A stretch of 64,000 nt of DNA from an uncultured Candidatus Saccharibacteria bacterium (GCA_964467385.1 CAYXQC010000004.1:9429-73428); one strand, 5' to 3'. Numbered from the stretch's first letter, positions 23,798 through 34,679 are shown. The notes: generated by a model not told the origin, from the letters alone. Translations and numbers: made by a program.

Positions 23798-25378
23798 TTG
23801 ATGGCGATCGAACTTTTGATTCATAACTTCGGATATATTTGCTCTGCGCTTATAACCATAGCGCTTGGACTCTTCATTCTCCTGAAAGATCCTAAAAAGC
23901 GCACCTACCAATTATTCTTTTTAAGCACAGTTTCATATGTTCTCTATGCTATTGCTTATGTACTATCTGTAAATATTGAAGATTCTGGCGTAGCAAGTGT
24001 TTTTGCATTCTTAATGGTTATTGCCGCAACTATTCCGTGCTTTCATGCCCATCTAGCATTTGCTACGTTTGGTATTGAGAAAGAACACAAGCGTGGACTG
24101 ACGGTTATGTATTCATGCTTTGCCGCTGTCTTCGCTTTTTTTATTGCAAATCCTTATGGGCTTCGACTTCAATCGATTCCAAAAGCATATTTCCCAAATT
24201 TTTTTCAACCTGGGCCGTACTACTGGATTTATTTTTTGTTTTTCTTTGGTGTGCTGGCGTACTACTACACAGTGCTTATAAAATACTATAAAAAAGCTGA
24301 CAAGCACGAGCAAAATCGTCTCAAATATTATTTTGCAGGATTTACTTGGGCATATGTCTGGTCACTTCCAATTTACATGCTTATCTGGAATATTCCTGGG
24401 GCAGGGTATTTGATGGTTTTTACGCCTCTTTTGGGTCTTTATACTTTACCGCTTGCATATGGGGTATATAAATATGATTTACTCAATATCAATATAGCCA
24501 TAAAAAACGCCTTACTATATGGGTTTTTTGTAGTTTTTGTTGGTGGTTCAGTTATTTTGATTAATGCGTTAAATGGCTTTTTGACAAAAACATACAATAA
24601 GTTCCCAATATGGATTGTACCGGTGAGTTCCGTGTTCCTCGTACTTCTAGTGAGTGTAATCGTATGGAATCAACTCCGTCAGGCAGATTTACTTAAATAT
24701 GAATTCATAAACAATATTAGTCACAAGTTCCGTACACCTCTCACGCATATTCGGTGGTTGGCGAGTGAGCTGAAAGGTATGAATGATCCGATTGAAAGAG
24801 AGCGAGCTGGTGCAAAGATCGACTTTGCCAGCATGAGACTTTTTGAACTTACAAACGCTGTGATCAACGCGTCGCGCGATGTGAATCCTTCGGTATACAG
24901 ATTCGCGAGCGTGAAAATTCATGATTTGATTGCTGATATTCGCAAAGCTCACGAGGATCAGGTTGAAGCAAAGCGCATGAATGTTGAATTTAAGTTCGAC
25001 AATTCCGTGATGGATGATTTTGTTTTGCGTGCCGATCGTGCTCGGCTACAGTTTGCGTTGCAGATTCTGTATGAAAACGCCTTGATGTATACGCCAGCTG
25101 GTGGTCATGTGACAGTTTCCGTTTCGGCTCAAAGTTCTCAAAAAGAAATTGTCATTACATTTAAAGATGATGGAATCGGTATCAAAGACTCAGATATCTC
25201 GCATGTATTTTCACGATTCTTTCGAGCTATTAATGCAAGACGTACAGACACAGAAGGTATGGGACTTGGCTTGTTCATTGCTAAAGATATTATCGAAAAG
25301 CACGGTGGGAGAATCTGGGCTGAATCTGATGGAGAGAATAAAGGGTCCACGTTTAGTGTGGCTTTGCAGATGGGTTAG
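23798..25378 (+). CDS. 7TM sensor histidine kinase, tandem paralog
   Basis: Same architecture and H-box as 22191-23759. Confidence 0.9.
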   Translation: MMAIELLIHNFGYICSALITIALGLFILLKDPKKRTYQLFFLSTVSYVLYAIAYVLSVNIEDSGVASVFAFLMVIAATIPCFHAHLAFATFGIEKEHKRGLTVMYSCFAAVFAFFIANPYGLRLQSIPKAYFPNFFQPGPYYWIYFLFFFGVLAYYYTVLIKYYKKADKHEQNRLKYYFAGFTWAYVWSLPIYMLIWNIPGAGYLMVFTPLLGLYTLPLAYGVYKYDLLNINIAIKNALLYGFFVVFVGGSVILINALNGFLTKTYNKFPIWIVPVSSVFLVLLVSVIVWNQLRQADLLKYEFINNISHKFRTPLTHIRWLASELKGMNDPIERERAGAKIDFASMRLFELTNAVINASRDVNPSVYRFASVKIHDLIADIRKAHEDQVEAKRMNVEFKFDNSVMDDFVLRADRARLQFALQILYENALMYTPAGGHVTVSVSAQSSQKEIVITFKDDGIGIKDSDISHVFSRFFRAINARRTDTEGMGLGLFIAKDIIEKHGGRIWAESDGENKGSTFSVALQMG

Positions 25379-25474
25379 TTGATGAAATATACATGCCTTT
25401 TATTTGCTAAATTTGTCTAGCGAATTACTGAGCAAATTGTGCCATATGTTTTTTTCTGCTAAACTTCACCCACT

Positions 25475-25717
25475 ATGGCATTTTTCAAAAATTTCTTAAT
25501 GAAGCAGATGATTAAAAGACAGATGAAGGGTGTTCCTGAATCTGAGCAGGAGAAGATTATTGCACTTGTTGAAAGCAATCCTGATTTTTTTCAAAATATT
25601 GCAAAAGAAGTTGAAGCTTTGACTAAACAAGGTAAAAGCCAGATGACTGCTTCTATGGAAGTGATGAGAAAGCACCAAGGTGAACTCCAGAAAATGATGA
25701 TGGGTCAAGGGAAATAG
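25475..25717 (+). CDS. Small Met/Gln/Lys-rich helical hypothetical protein
   Basis: 80-aa ORF with TGCTAAACT extended -10 just upstream. Confidence 0.75.
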   Translation: MAFFKNFLMKQMIKRQMKGVPESEQEKIIALVESNPDFFQNIAKEVEALTKQGKSQMTASMEVMRKHQGELQKMMMGQGK

Positions 25718-25753
25718 CTTTATTTAGGTCTCTTTTTCTGCTAGACTCATCCA

Positions 25754-26860
25754 ATGAAACTCTCAATCGGCATCGTTGGTCTTCCAAATGTTGGTAAATC
25801 TACGCTCTTCAATGCGTTGACTAAAAAGTCTGTGCCCGCAGAAAACTATCCATTCTGTACGATTGATCCGTCAGTCGGTGTTGTAGCTGTGCCTGATGAA
25901 CGGCTCGTCAAGCTCGCTGAATTCTCAAAGTCCGCCAAAACTATTCCGGCTGTTGTTGAATTCGTGGACATTGCCGGTCTTGTAAAAGGTGCTTCTGAGG
26001 GTGAGGGTCTCGGTAACCAGTTCCTCTCACACATCCGAGAAGTAAACGCTATTGCAGAAGTTGTACGAATTTTCGAAGATCAAAATGTTATCCATGTTGA
26101 TGGAAAAATTAATCCTGTGAATGATATTCAGGTCATTAACCTCGAACTGGTGCTTGCTGACATGCAAACTGTTACGAAACGACTAGGTTCCGTTGAGCGT
26201 GACGCGAAGCGAGGCGATAAACCTGCTGTTGCTGAAAAAGGTGCACTCGAAAAAATTGCAAAAGTACTTGAAGCTGGTGAACTCGCACAGACTGCCGAGC
26301 TTACTGATGAAGAAAAAGAACGAATTCAAGGTTTGAGTCTTTTGACCATGAAGCCGATGATGTATATTTTGAATAAAAAAGCCGGGGGAACTAATCTTGA
26401 CGAACTCGATGGTGGAAGTGAGCCTCGATACAAAGCGTTAATTGAATATTTGAATGCACGAAAAGCAAAATGGGTGATCGTTGATGCAAAAGTTGAGCAC
26501 GAACTGATGTCGCTTGAAGGTGAGGAAAAGGCGATGTTTCGAGCAGAGCTCGGTGCCAAAGACGACGGTATCAATGAGCTCATTAAAACCGGCTATGATT
26601 TGTTGAACCTCCAAACATTTCTCACAACTGGGCCAGAAGAAACACGAGCATGGACAATCGAAAAAGGTTGGGCTGCACCAATGGCTGGAACTGCAATCCA
26701 CACTGATTTTAAGGATAGATTTATCCGAGCGGAAGTAATTGGTTGGAAAGATCTCCTCGATGCTGGATCATACGGTGCTGCTCGTGATAAAGGACTTGTA
26801 CGAACAGAAGGTAAGGAATACATCGTACGTGATGGTGATGTTGTGGAGTTTAAGGTCTAA
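25754..26860 (+). CDS. ychF: Redox-regulated ATPase YchF
   Basis: GIVGLPNVGKST, NYPFCTI, DIAGLVKGASEGEGLGN, EGKEYIVRDGD. Confidence 0.97.
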   Translation: MKLSIGIVGLPNVGKSTLFNALTKKSVPAENYPFCTIDPSVGVVAVPDERLVKLAEFSKSAKTIPAVVEFVDIAGLVKGASEGEGLGNQFLSHIREVNAIAEVVRIFEDQNVIHVDGKINPVNDIQVINLELVLADMQTVTKRLGSVERDAKRGDKPAVAEKGALEKIAKVLEAGELAQTAELTDEEKERIQGLSLLTMKPMMYILNKKAGGTNLDELDGGSEPRYKALIEYLNARKAKWVIVDAKVEHELMSLEGEEKAMFRAELGAKDDGINELIKTGYDLLNLQTFLTTGPEETRAWTIEKGWAAPMAGTAIHTDFKDRFIRAEVIGWKDLLDAGSYGAARDKGLVRTEGKEYIVRDGDVVEFKV

Positions 26861-26931
26861 TCTGAGTCACGAACTCGTATCAAAAGCGTCTTCGTATATG
26901 CAGTTAAAAGCTGTGCTAAACTAATACTGAT

Positions 26932-27621
26932 ATGAATGGACCAAATAACCAGGCTTATAACGCGACGGGAAACGCAAATAATGTGGCTAATAACCAAACA
27001 GATAACGGAACTATTTTAGGTTTCAAGAAAGAAAATTTACCAATTGTTTTTGCACTTGCGCTACCTGTTTTTGTAGTTTGCTTTATTGGTCTACTTATTT
27101 TTGTACCAAAACTCGGACCTCGACCGATGTATGATTTTATCTTCACGGCGACGAGTGGTCGTTCGCTCCACACATCAGATGGTGCATGTACCGTTTTTTA
27201 TAATTATTATCAAATTGCACCAACTGAAGGTACATACAATCTTGTAAAAAAAGAATATCAGATTAGTGCTTTAGCAGATCAAAAGGTGATCGATCCATGT
27301 GCTAGTTATCCTCGGATGATTGAAAGTGATGCACCAGAGTTGTATTTGTATCTTGCAAAAGACGATACGGTACGACAAATTAACTTTGAAGAAGCGACGC
27401 AGTTCACATACAAGAAAGGTTTAGTTTCAGATGATGGCTATACGGTTGGTAAACGATATGTAAACCGTGGCGTGCTCGATATCTTTGGTGGAGGCGGCAC
27501 GAACAGCGGAGTTTTCGCTTCAAAGCGAAACAGGTATGTTCGACTAAATATTCCAGAGGCTCTAAGTGGTTCATACTACGATGCTGACTTCAATTTTATT
27601 GGCTGGGTAGAAGGAAAATAG
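26932..27621 (+). CDS. Membrane-anchored hypothetical protein
   Basis: Single N-terminal TM; 229 aa. Confidence 0.75.
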   Translation: MNGPNNQAYNATGNANNVANNQTDNGTILGFKKENLPIVFALALPVFVVCFIGLLIFVPKLGPRPMYDFIFTATSGRSLHTSDGACTVFYNYYQIAPTEGTYNLVKKEYQISALADQKVIDPCASYPRMIESDAPELYLYLAKDDTVRQINFEEATQFTYKKGLVSDDGYTVGKRYVNRGVLDIFGGGGTNSGVFASKRNRYVRLNIPEALSGSYYDADFNFIGWVEGK

Positions 27622-27690
27622 GAGATCATAGCGACGATAGAACAACGTCGCAACTATTAGGCACAAATTTATAAAAATTATCAAAAAAAC

Positions 27691-28839
27691 ATGAACAAAG
27701 AAGAACTTTTGCATGAAATACGACAATCGATGCACCGAGGTGAATTAACTTCGGAGGAGCTTTTGCTTGCAGTTGCTACACCGGTTGGTTTGGGTGACCC
27801 TGCGGAGTATCAAGCTTCAGGTGCCACGAACAAACTCTCGAGAAAGTACAATCTTCTTTCAAAAACACTCTATTTGATCGGAGGAATCGTTGTTCTCTCT
27901 GGAATTGTGACTGCAATTGCTAATAATTGGGCAAGTATTAATCCGATTGGTCATGTTGTGCTCACATGTGGACTCGGTATCAGTTTTCTTCTCGGTGCAG
28001 TCGCTCTCCATTCGGCAAAGCCACACATGCTTGTGCAGGTGTTTTATAGCTTAGCTGCAATATTAATGTTTATTGGTGGTTTTGTACTCATCGATGAACT
28101 CCAGAATGCTGGTATTGTAGTTACTGAGTTCAATACAAGTTTCATCACTCTTGTGTCAGCTGTACTTTTGGTGATTTTTGGATCACTTATGTATGGATTT
28201 AGGGAGCGTAATAAAATAGCTGGTCAAAATCCTGCAACTGTTTTGTATTTTATTGAAGCTGCACTTTTTGCCATCTTCTACTATTCAGTAGTCTTCCAGT
28301 GGATGGACAGTGTGCGAACTTCATATGGGTATGATTGGTTCTATGGTTATTACAATGACACTTTACATCAAACAGTTTCAGCCATTTTGAATCAGATATT
28401 TGCCTACACAAGTGCACTTTTTGGTGTTGGACTTATTGCACTTGCGCAAACTGATGCTATTCAGCGCGCTCGAAAAATCTGTAGTATCTTCACATTCGCC
28501 GGATATTCGCTTGTTTTGGTTCCGCTCATTATGCTCGTAGATACTGGAAATATCGCCTATGAGATCTGGACATTGCTCTATGTCTTTGTACTTACTTTGT
28601 TTGTAATTGTAAGTATTAGACTTCGAAATACTATGGGGCTCATACTGACATCACTTGCTATTGGCGCATATTGTATTAAAATCTCGGTATTGTACTTCTT
28701 TGCAGATAATCTGGGATTTCCACTGATTCTACTGGGATCAGGACTCCTGATCATGGTACTCGGATACTTCACGTATTATCTCAATAACGCATATATCAAT
28801 GGCCCAAAAACACACGAACAAAAAATCGAACACCGGTAA
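27691..28839 (+). CDS. Polytopic membrane protein (DUF2157-like)
   Basis: ~10 TM segments; LYLIGG..GIVTAIANNW motif. Confidence 0.7.
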   Translation: MNKEELLHEIRQSMHRGELTSEELLLAVATPVGLGDPAEYQASGATNKLSRKYNLLSKTLYLIGGIVVLSGIVTAIANNWASINPIGHVVLTCGLGISFLLGAVALHSAKPHMLVQVFYSLAAILMFIGGFVLIDELQNAGIVVTEFNTSFITLVSAVLLVIFGSLMYGFRERNKIAGQNPATVLYFIEAALFAIFYYSVVFQWMDSVRTSYGYDWFYGYYNDTLHQTVSAILNQIFAYTSALFGVGLIALAQTDAIQRARKICSIFTFAGYSLVLVPLIMLVDTGNIAYEIWTLLYVFVLTLFVIVSIRLRNTMGLILTSLAIGAYCIKISVLYFFADNLGFPLILLGSGLLIMVLGYFTYYLNNAYINGPKTHEQKIEHR

Positions 28840-31453
28840 AAACACTACGTACAAAAAAGCTGTAAAAACTGTTGGAAATTCTACAAAAACCGACAAAAAA
28901 TCTGCACCGCAAGCTCCTCAATCTAACTCAGTGCAATACGACCATTTGAAAATAGAGAAAAAATGGCAAAAAGAATGGGCTCGGACTGGAATTTATAAGA
29001 CGAAAGAAAACGACGGTAAAAATAAGGGTAAACCAAAAGCTTATATCCTCGACATGTTCCCATATCCATCTGGATCAGGTCTTCATGTTGGTCATCCACG
29101 AGGTTACATTGCAACTGATGTATATTCTCGATACAAGACCATGACTGGTCACAATGTGCTTCATCCAATGGGGTGGGATGCATTCGGTTTACCGGCTGAA
29201 GAATTCGCTCTTAAAAATAAAATTCATCCTGCAATTGCGATGAAGAAAAATGTAGCACGTTACAAAGAGCAACTATCAATCCTCGGTTTGAACTATGATT
29301 GGTCTCGAGAGGTAAATACAACTGATCCTGAATATTACAAGTGGACGCAGTGGGCGTTTTTGCAAATGCATAAAAAAGGTTTGACATACGAGTCACATGA
29401 ACCTATCAACTGGTGTCCTTCATGTAAAACCGGTCTTGCAAACGAAGATCTCGAAGACGGCAAATGCGAACGGTGTGGATCTGTAGTTGAAAAGAAGCCT
29501 ATCCGTCAGTGGGTGATTAAGATCACGAAATATGCAGATCGATTGCTTGAAGATTTGGTGGAATTGAATTGGCCAGATTCGATCAAAGAGTCTCAACGAA
29601 ATTGGATTGGCCGAAGTGAAGGTGCTGAGTTTGATTTCCCGCTCGTCGTTGGTGGTAAAGAAATTGATCAAAAAATAACTGTGTTCACTACTCGATGCGA
29701 CACTCTTTTTGGTGTGACATATGTTGTTTTGGCACCTGAGCACAAGCTCGTAGTAGAACTTTTAGGGAATAATTCCGCGATACAAAACGTGTCGGTGAAA
29801 AACGCTGACAAGGTGCGTACTTTTATTAATTCTGTAAAAGAAAAGACAGATATAGAGCGAACAGCTGAAGGAAAAGAAAAAAGTGGTATAGCCCTTGAGG
29901 GTGTCGAGGCTATCAATCCTGCGACTGGTGAAAAAGTCCCTGTGTGGATCGCTGATTATGTATTGGCGGGATATGGCACAGGTGCTGTGATGGCAGTTCC
30001 TGCGCACGATGAACGAGATTTTAAATTTGCTAAGAAATATGGGTTAGGGGTTAAGCAAGTTATTTATGTTGCCGATGGAAATTTTAGAGATGAAGAGAAT
30101 GCTGGTCCGCTTTTAGAAGATGGTCAGTTAATGAATTCTTCAAATTACGATGATATGAATTCAGCCGAAGCTCGAACTAAAATCGCGGTAGAATTCGGCC
30201 GATCGGTTGTTAACTACAAACTTCGCGACTGGGTATTTTCACGACAACGATACTGGGGTGAACCGATTCCGCTTGTGCATTGCTCAAAATGTGGCGTTGT
30301 TCCTGTACCTGAGAAAGAACTTCCAATCAAACTTCCAAATGTTAAATCATATGAACCAACTGGTACAGGTGAGTCACCACTTGCCGCTATTTCAAAATGG
30401 GTAAATACAAAATGTCCTGTGTGTAAAGCGCCAGCTAAACGAGAAACAAACACTATGCCACAGTGGGCTGGTTCATGTTGGTATTACCTTCGATATATTG
30501 ATCCAAAAAATAAGAAGGCGTTGGTTGATCCGAAGAAAGAAAAGTACTGGCAGCCAGTAAATATGTATGTAGGTGGGGCAGAACATGCAACACGACATCT
30601 TATCTATGCTCGATTTTGGCATAAGTTCCTCTTTGATATTGGCGTGGTTTCGACAAAAGAACCATTTACCCAGCTCAAAAATCAAGGACTCATCGCAGGA
30701 CCTGATGGCAGAAAAATGAGTAAGCGTTTTGGAAATGTAGTGAATCCTGACGATGTTGTGAAGCTTTATGGTGCAGACACACTTCGGGTATATGAAATGT
30801 TTATGGGACCATTTGATTCTGGTATTGCCTGGAGTACTGATAATATGATCGGTTCACGACGATTTATCGAGCGAGTGTGGCGACTTGGTGAAAAAGTCGC
30901 TTTCAGCAATACTAAAAACAGCAACGATAGTTCACAAAATAGTACAAATAAAGATCTCGAATCTCTCATGCATCGAACTATTAAAAAAGTGACCGATGAT
31001 ATTGAGGCATTCAACATGAACACAGCGATTTCAACCATGATGATTTACTTAAATTCGCTTGAAGCTGAAGTAAAAAATGGGAATGCTGTTTCTGGAGAAA
31101 TGTATGAAATGTTGCTCAAACTTCTCGCTCCTTTCGCGCCGCATGCGACAGATGAGTTATGGGTAATGTATTTTGCGAAAATAAAGCGTGCAAAAAAGCC
31201 TGCGAAGTCTATCCATCTTGAAAATTGGCCAACATATGATCCTAAAAAACTCGAATCAACAACGTTTAGGATTGTAGTACAGGTCAATAGCAAAGTTAGA
31301 GGTACATTCATAAGTGGCACAGACATCGAAGCTGATGTTATTTCGGCGGCACTTGCACTTCCGGAAATTAAGCAAAGAATCGGTGATAAAAAACCATCTA
31401 AAACTTTCTACGTGAAAGGGAAGTTGGTGAACCTTGTTGTCGACGGTATTTAA
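28799..31453 (+). CDS. leuS: Leucine--tRNA ligase
   Basis: MFPYPSGSGLHVGH, GWDAFGLPAE, SRQRYWG, KMSK. Confidence 0.98.
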   Translation: MAQKHTNKKSNTGKNTTYKKAVKTVGNSTKTDKKSAPQAPQSNSVQYDHLKIEKKWQKEWARTGIYKTKENDGKNKGKPKAYILDMFPYPSGSGLHVGHPRGYIATDVYSRYKTMTGHNVLHPMGWDAFGLPAEEFALKNKIHPAIAMKKNVARYKEQLSILGLNYDWSREVNTTDPEYYKWTQWAFLQMHKKGLTYESHEPINWCPSCKTGLANEDLEDGKCERCGSVVEKKPIRQWVIKITKYADRLLEDLVELNWPDSIKESQRNWIGRSEGAEFDFPLVVGGKEIDQKITVFTTRCDTLFGVTYVVLAPEHKLVVELLGNNSAIQNVSVKNADKVRTFINSVKEKTDIERTAEGKEKSGIALEGVEAINPATGEKVPVWIADYVLAGYGTGAVMAVPAHDERDFKFAKKYGLGVKQVIYVADGNFRDEENAGPLLEDGQLMNSSNYDDMNSAEARTKIAVEFGRSVVNYKLRDWVFSRQRYWGEPIPLVHCSKCGVVPVPEKELPIKLPNVKSYEPTGTGESPLAAISKWVNTKCPVCKAPAKRETNTMPQWAGSCWYYLRYIDPKNKKALVDPKKEKYWQPVNMYVGGAEHATRHLIYARFWHKFLFDIGVVSTKEPFTQLKNQGLIAGPDGRKMSKRFGNVVNPDDVVKLYGADTLRVYEMFMGPFDSGIAWSTDNMIGSRRFIERVWRLGEKVAFSNTKNSNDSSQNSTNKDLESLMHRTIKKVTDDIEAFNMNTAISTMMIYLNSLEAEVKNGNAVSGEMYEMLLKLLAPFAPHATDELWVMYFAKIKRAKKPAKSIHLENWPTYDPKKLESTTFRIVVQVNSKVRGTFISGTDIEADVISAALALPEIKQRIGDKKPSKTFYVKGKLVNLVVDGI

Positions 31454-31615
31454 ATTCTTCCCGAAGCTCAATGTGTGCAAAAAAGCTACTTTCGGAAAAC
31501 CTTGCTCGAATCCATTTGTCAATAGGCCAGGCTGGGTGACCCTTGACAGATGTGGCCTTATCTCTTGACTCTTTCCTAACCCCGTGCTAAAAATACAGGT
31601 ATAAAAATCTAAATT

Positions 31616-32671
31616 ATGGCAACTGCACCAACACTATCATTCAAGCCGAAGATCGTTACTAAGAGACTCCTTTCTGCGCTCCCTGAAAGAGCTCGACTGG
31701 TTGTTACAAAGCGATATGGTCTCGACAAGGACAATGAAAAGATGACACTTGAAGCTATCGGCGAAACATATAACATCACCCGAGAACGAGTTCGACAGAT
31801 TGAGCACGCTGCTCTACAAAACATTCGAAAGTCAGCTTTCTATAAGCAAGAAAAACCTATTTTCGAGGAACTCTATACATATATTCATGATCTTGGTGGC
31901 ATGATCGGTGAAGAAGAGCTTCTTAAGCATTTTGCAAAAGATCAGTCTACACAGAATCATATTCATTTTATGCTCGTGGTAGGTGAAAACTTCAAGAAAG
32001 AAAAAGAAGACCCTGAATTCAAACACCGATGGCATGTTGACGCACAACTTTCAAAGAAGATTCATGAAGCGCTCCGAAAGCTCTACAAAACTCTTGGTGA
32101 TGATGATTTGATTCCAGAGTCAGAGATGATTAAAACATTCCTTGAGCATTTGAAAGATGTAAATGAAAAGTACAAGAACGACGAAGTTGCAAAGCGATGG
32201 TTAAATATTTCTAAAAACATCGCCAAAAACCCTCTAGGTGAATGGGGTAAGTCAGATTCTCAGAATGTTAAAACAAAAGGTATTCGAGATTATGCCTTTC
32301 TTGCAATGCGAAAGCATGGTTCACCGATCCATTTCCGAGATATTGCAAAGCTTATCGAAAAACTCTTTAACAAGAAGGCTCATGTTGCTACTACTCATAA
32401 CGAACTTATCAAGGATAAGCGATTCGTACTCGTAGGACGAGGGCTCTATGCTCTTACAGAATGGGGTTATGCAAGTGGTGTCGTGAAAGACGTTATCAAG
32501 AAAATGATCGAAAAGTACGGTCCTCTTACCAAAGAAGAAATAATTCAAAAGGTTATGAAGGAACGATATGTAAAAGAAAACACAATCCTCGTTAACCTCC
32601 AAAACTCAAAATTCTTCAAGAAAGATAAGGATGGAAAATACTCTCTCGGTGGCGATCTTGCAGAAAAATAA
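31616..32671 (+). CDS. sigma70 region-4 + HARE-HTH (RNAP delta-like) protein
   Basis: TLEAIGETYNITRERVRQIE; ATTHNELIKDKRFVLVGRGLYALTEWG. Confidence 0.8.
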   Translation: MATAPTLSFKPKIVTKRLLSALPERARLVVTKRYGLDKDNEKMTLEAIGETYNITRERVRQIEHAALQNIRKSAFYKQEKPIFEELYTYIHDLGGMIGEEELLKHFAKDQSTQNHIHFMLVVGENFKKEKEDPEFKHRWHVDAQLSKKIHEALRKLYKTLGDDDLIPESEMIKTFLEHLKDVNEKYKNDEVAKRWLNISKNIAKNPLGEWGKSDSQNVKTKGIRDYAFLAMRKHGSPIHFRDIAKLIEKLFNKKAHVATTHNELIKDKRFVLVGRGLYALTEWGYASGVVKDVIKKMIEKYGPLTKEEIIQKVMKERYVKENTILVNLQNSKFFKKDKDGKYSLGGDLAEK

Positions 32672-32935
32672 AAGAAAAATCCTTATTTAAACAAGCCAAA
32701 CTTTATGCAAAGCGTACATCTAACTGGTGTGCGTTTTGTTATCCTTGTTGCAAGGATCTTGAATAGTGGTAGCATTTAGCTTGTACAAAAGAAATACATA
32801 TTCTTGGAGCGAAAAGGTTTTTAATCACCTTCGCAATCAAACCAGAATATGCAATCTTCGTACATTGTTCAGCAATTCTATAGCTGACTCTTAGCTCTTT
32901 TAGTGCAACCGTTAAAATAGAGAGGCAAAATTGCA

Positions 32936-33103
32936 GTGAAATCCACTTCAGTCAAAACGTCTGCATTGGCCAAAAGCACCCTCGAACGCACCATCATCGC
33001 CTCGGGCTTCGCGCTCCTGGCTCTGATGGCTGTGGCCTGTTTCTCTCAACATCACCACCCACCGTGGCTTGATCACTCTTTGGGCGCTGGAGGCTCAAGC
33101 TAA
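32936..33103 (+). CDS. Unannotated 55-aa single-TM peptide within a structured transcript
   Basis: GTG start after GAGAGG; MKSTSVKTSALAKSTLERTIIASGFALLALMAVACFSQHHHPPWLDHSLGAGGSS; promoter TTGCAA-N16-TAGCAT at 32748-32775. Confidence 0.5.
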   Translation: MKSTSVKTSALAKSTLERTIIASGFALLALMAVACFSQHHHPPWLDHSLGAGGSS

Positions 33104-33227
33104 TCCTCAGAATTCTGCTAAAACGTGATATGTAAATGTCCTCGGTCAATTCTCCATGTATCGACCAGATGCCATAAACATCATGTTCAAAGCAGAATAC
33201 GAGTCATCTTTGCGTATCTCTCGCTCA

Positions 33228-33317
33228 CGCGCACTTCCTTGTTTTAAACTCTCATCTCCAGCAGTCTACGCAATCCGCTGGGTCAGGTGAAAGTTAACGA
33301 GGAGGTGCGTTTTTTTA
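33228..33317 (+). terminator. Long hairpin plus U-run
   Basis: GCACTTCCT/AGGAGGTGC outer stem; TCATCT/AGGTGA and CCAGC/GCTGG inner stems. Confidence 0.6.
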
Positions 33318-33363
33318 CACACAAAATTTGCACCTATACTAAATATGCTAGAATATATCGCAT

Positions 33364-34638
33364 ATGGATTCTTTCTTTGAATCAGTAACCGTTAATGCCG
33401 TTCTTGTTTTTTTCTTTAAGATTGTCTATCTTGGTATTGCAATTGCAGTCCCTGTCTATCTTTCAAAAAAGTTTTGGAAAAAATGGAAAGCCTATGTCCG
33501 TGCACAGTTTTTTGCTAAGCAAAAGTACGTAGTACTTGAACTTAAAATTCCAAAGGGTTCAACAAAATCACCACTCGCCATGGAGGTATTCATGCATTGT
33601 TTGAATCAGACTGGCGGAGAGGGGACAAACTATGACAAGTTTTGGCTCGGTAAAAGTCGGACGATGTTTTCACTCGAAATTGTCTCAAACGGTGGTGACG
33701 TTAGTTTTTTGATCTGGACACGAGAGACATTTCAGGCAATTGTTGAGAATAACCTGTATTCGCAATTTCCAGATATTGAGATTCGAGTAGTTGATGATTA
33801 TGCATTTGATACACCATATGATGGCTCTGGTGATATTGAAATGTTTGCATGTGATTTTGTAAAAAATAAGGACTCTCATTATCCTATAAAAACGTATGTA
33901 CAGTACGGCTTAGATAAAGACCCTGACGAGGAGTTTAAGGTCGACCCAATCACACCCGTGATTGAAACACTTGGTTCACTTCAGAAAGGTGAGCAGATTT
34001 GGATTCAGATTGGTGTACGGGCGCACAAAAAAGAGATTCCAAAACCTGATACATGGTTTGAAAAAGTTGATTGGGAACATTTTGCTAAAGATGAAATCAA
34101 GAAGCTTATGAAGCGTGACGAGAAGCCAAAGGAGGGTCAACTTAAGATCGAAGAGCTTTCTATGACAAAGGGTGAGAAGGAAAAAGTGGAAGCTATTGAG
34201 AAAAATATTTCGAAAATAGCTTTTGATTGTGGTATTCGTGTGATTTATCTTGGTAAGAAAGATAAAGTGCGTGGAACTTTTGTGCCCGCAGTTACGGGTA
34301 TTTTTAAGCAATACAATACTACAAATCTCAATGGGTTTAAGCCTGCAAATGCGACATCTTTTGACTATCCATGGCAGGATCGAAGTGGTAAGAAACTTAT
34401 TCAGCACAAGAAAGCAATGTTGTATCTCTACAAGTATCGTTACTTCTTTTTCGATGAGTTTTTTCCGACTCAATACAAGACCATGTTCACTAAAAAAGAT
34501 TATGATTACCAACCATTTGTCCTCAGTGTTGAGGAATTAGCTAGTCTTTATCACTTCCCAGGTGATGTGTCACGAACCCCATCACTCTCACGTATTAATG
34601 CTAAGAAAGTTGAGCCGCCTGCGAATCTGCCAGTTTAG
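33364..34638 (+). CDS. Conserved CPR membrane-anchored hypothetical protein
   Basis: TM; FSLEIVS, QFPDIEI..VDDY, YPIKTY, EELASLYHFP, PPANLP. Confidence 0.75.
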   Translation: MDSFFESVTVNAVLVFFFKIVYLGIAIAVPVYLSKKFWKKWKAYVRAQFFAKQKYVVLELKIPKGSTKSPLAMEVFMHCLNQTGGEGTNYDKFWLGKSRTMFSLEIVSNGGDVSFLIWTRETFQAIVENNLYSQFPDIEIRVVDDYAFDTPYDGSGDIEMFACDFVKNKDSHYPIKTYVQYGLDKDPDEEFKVDPITPVIETLGSLQKGEQIWIQIGVRAHKKEIPKPDTWFEKVDWEHFAKDEIKKLMKRDEKPKEGQLKIEELSMTKGEKEKVEAIEKNISKIAFDCGIRVIYLGKKDKVRGTFVPAVTGIFKQYNTTNLNGFKPANATSFDYPWQDRSGKKLIQHKKAMLYLYKYRYFFFDEFFPTQYKTMFTKKDYDYQPFVLSVEELASLYHFPGDVSRTPSLSRINAKKVEPPANLPV

Positions 34639-34679
34639 TTATGTATATTTTGTAATCTGTCACTGAATTTAAATTATCC

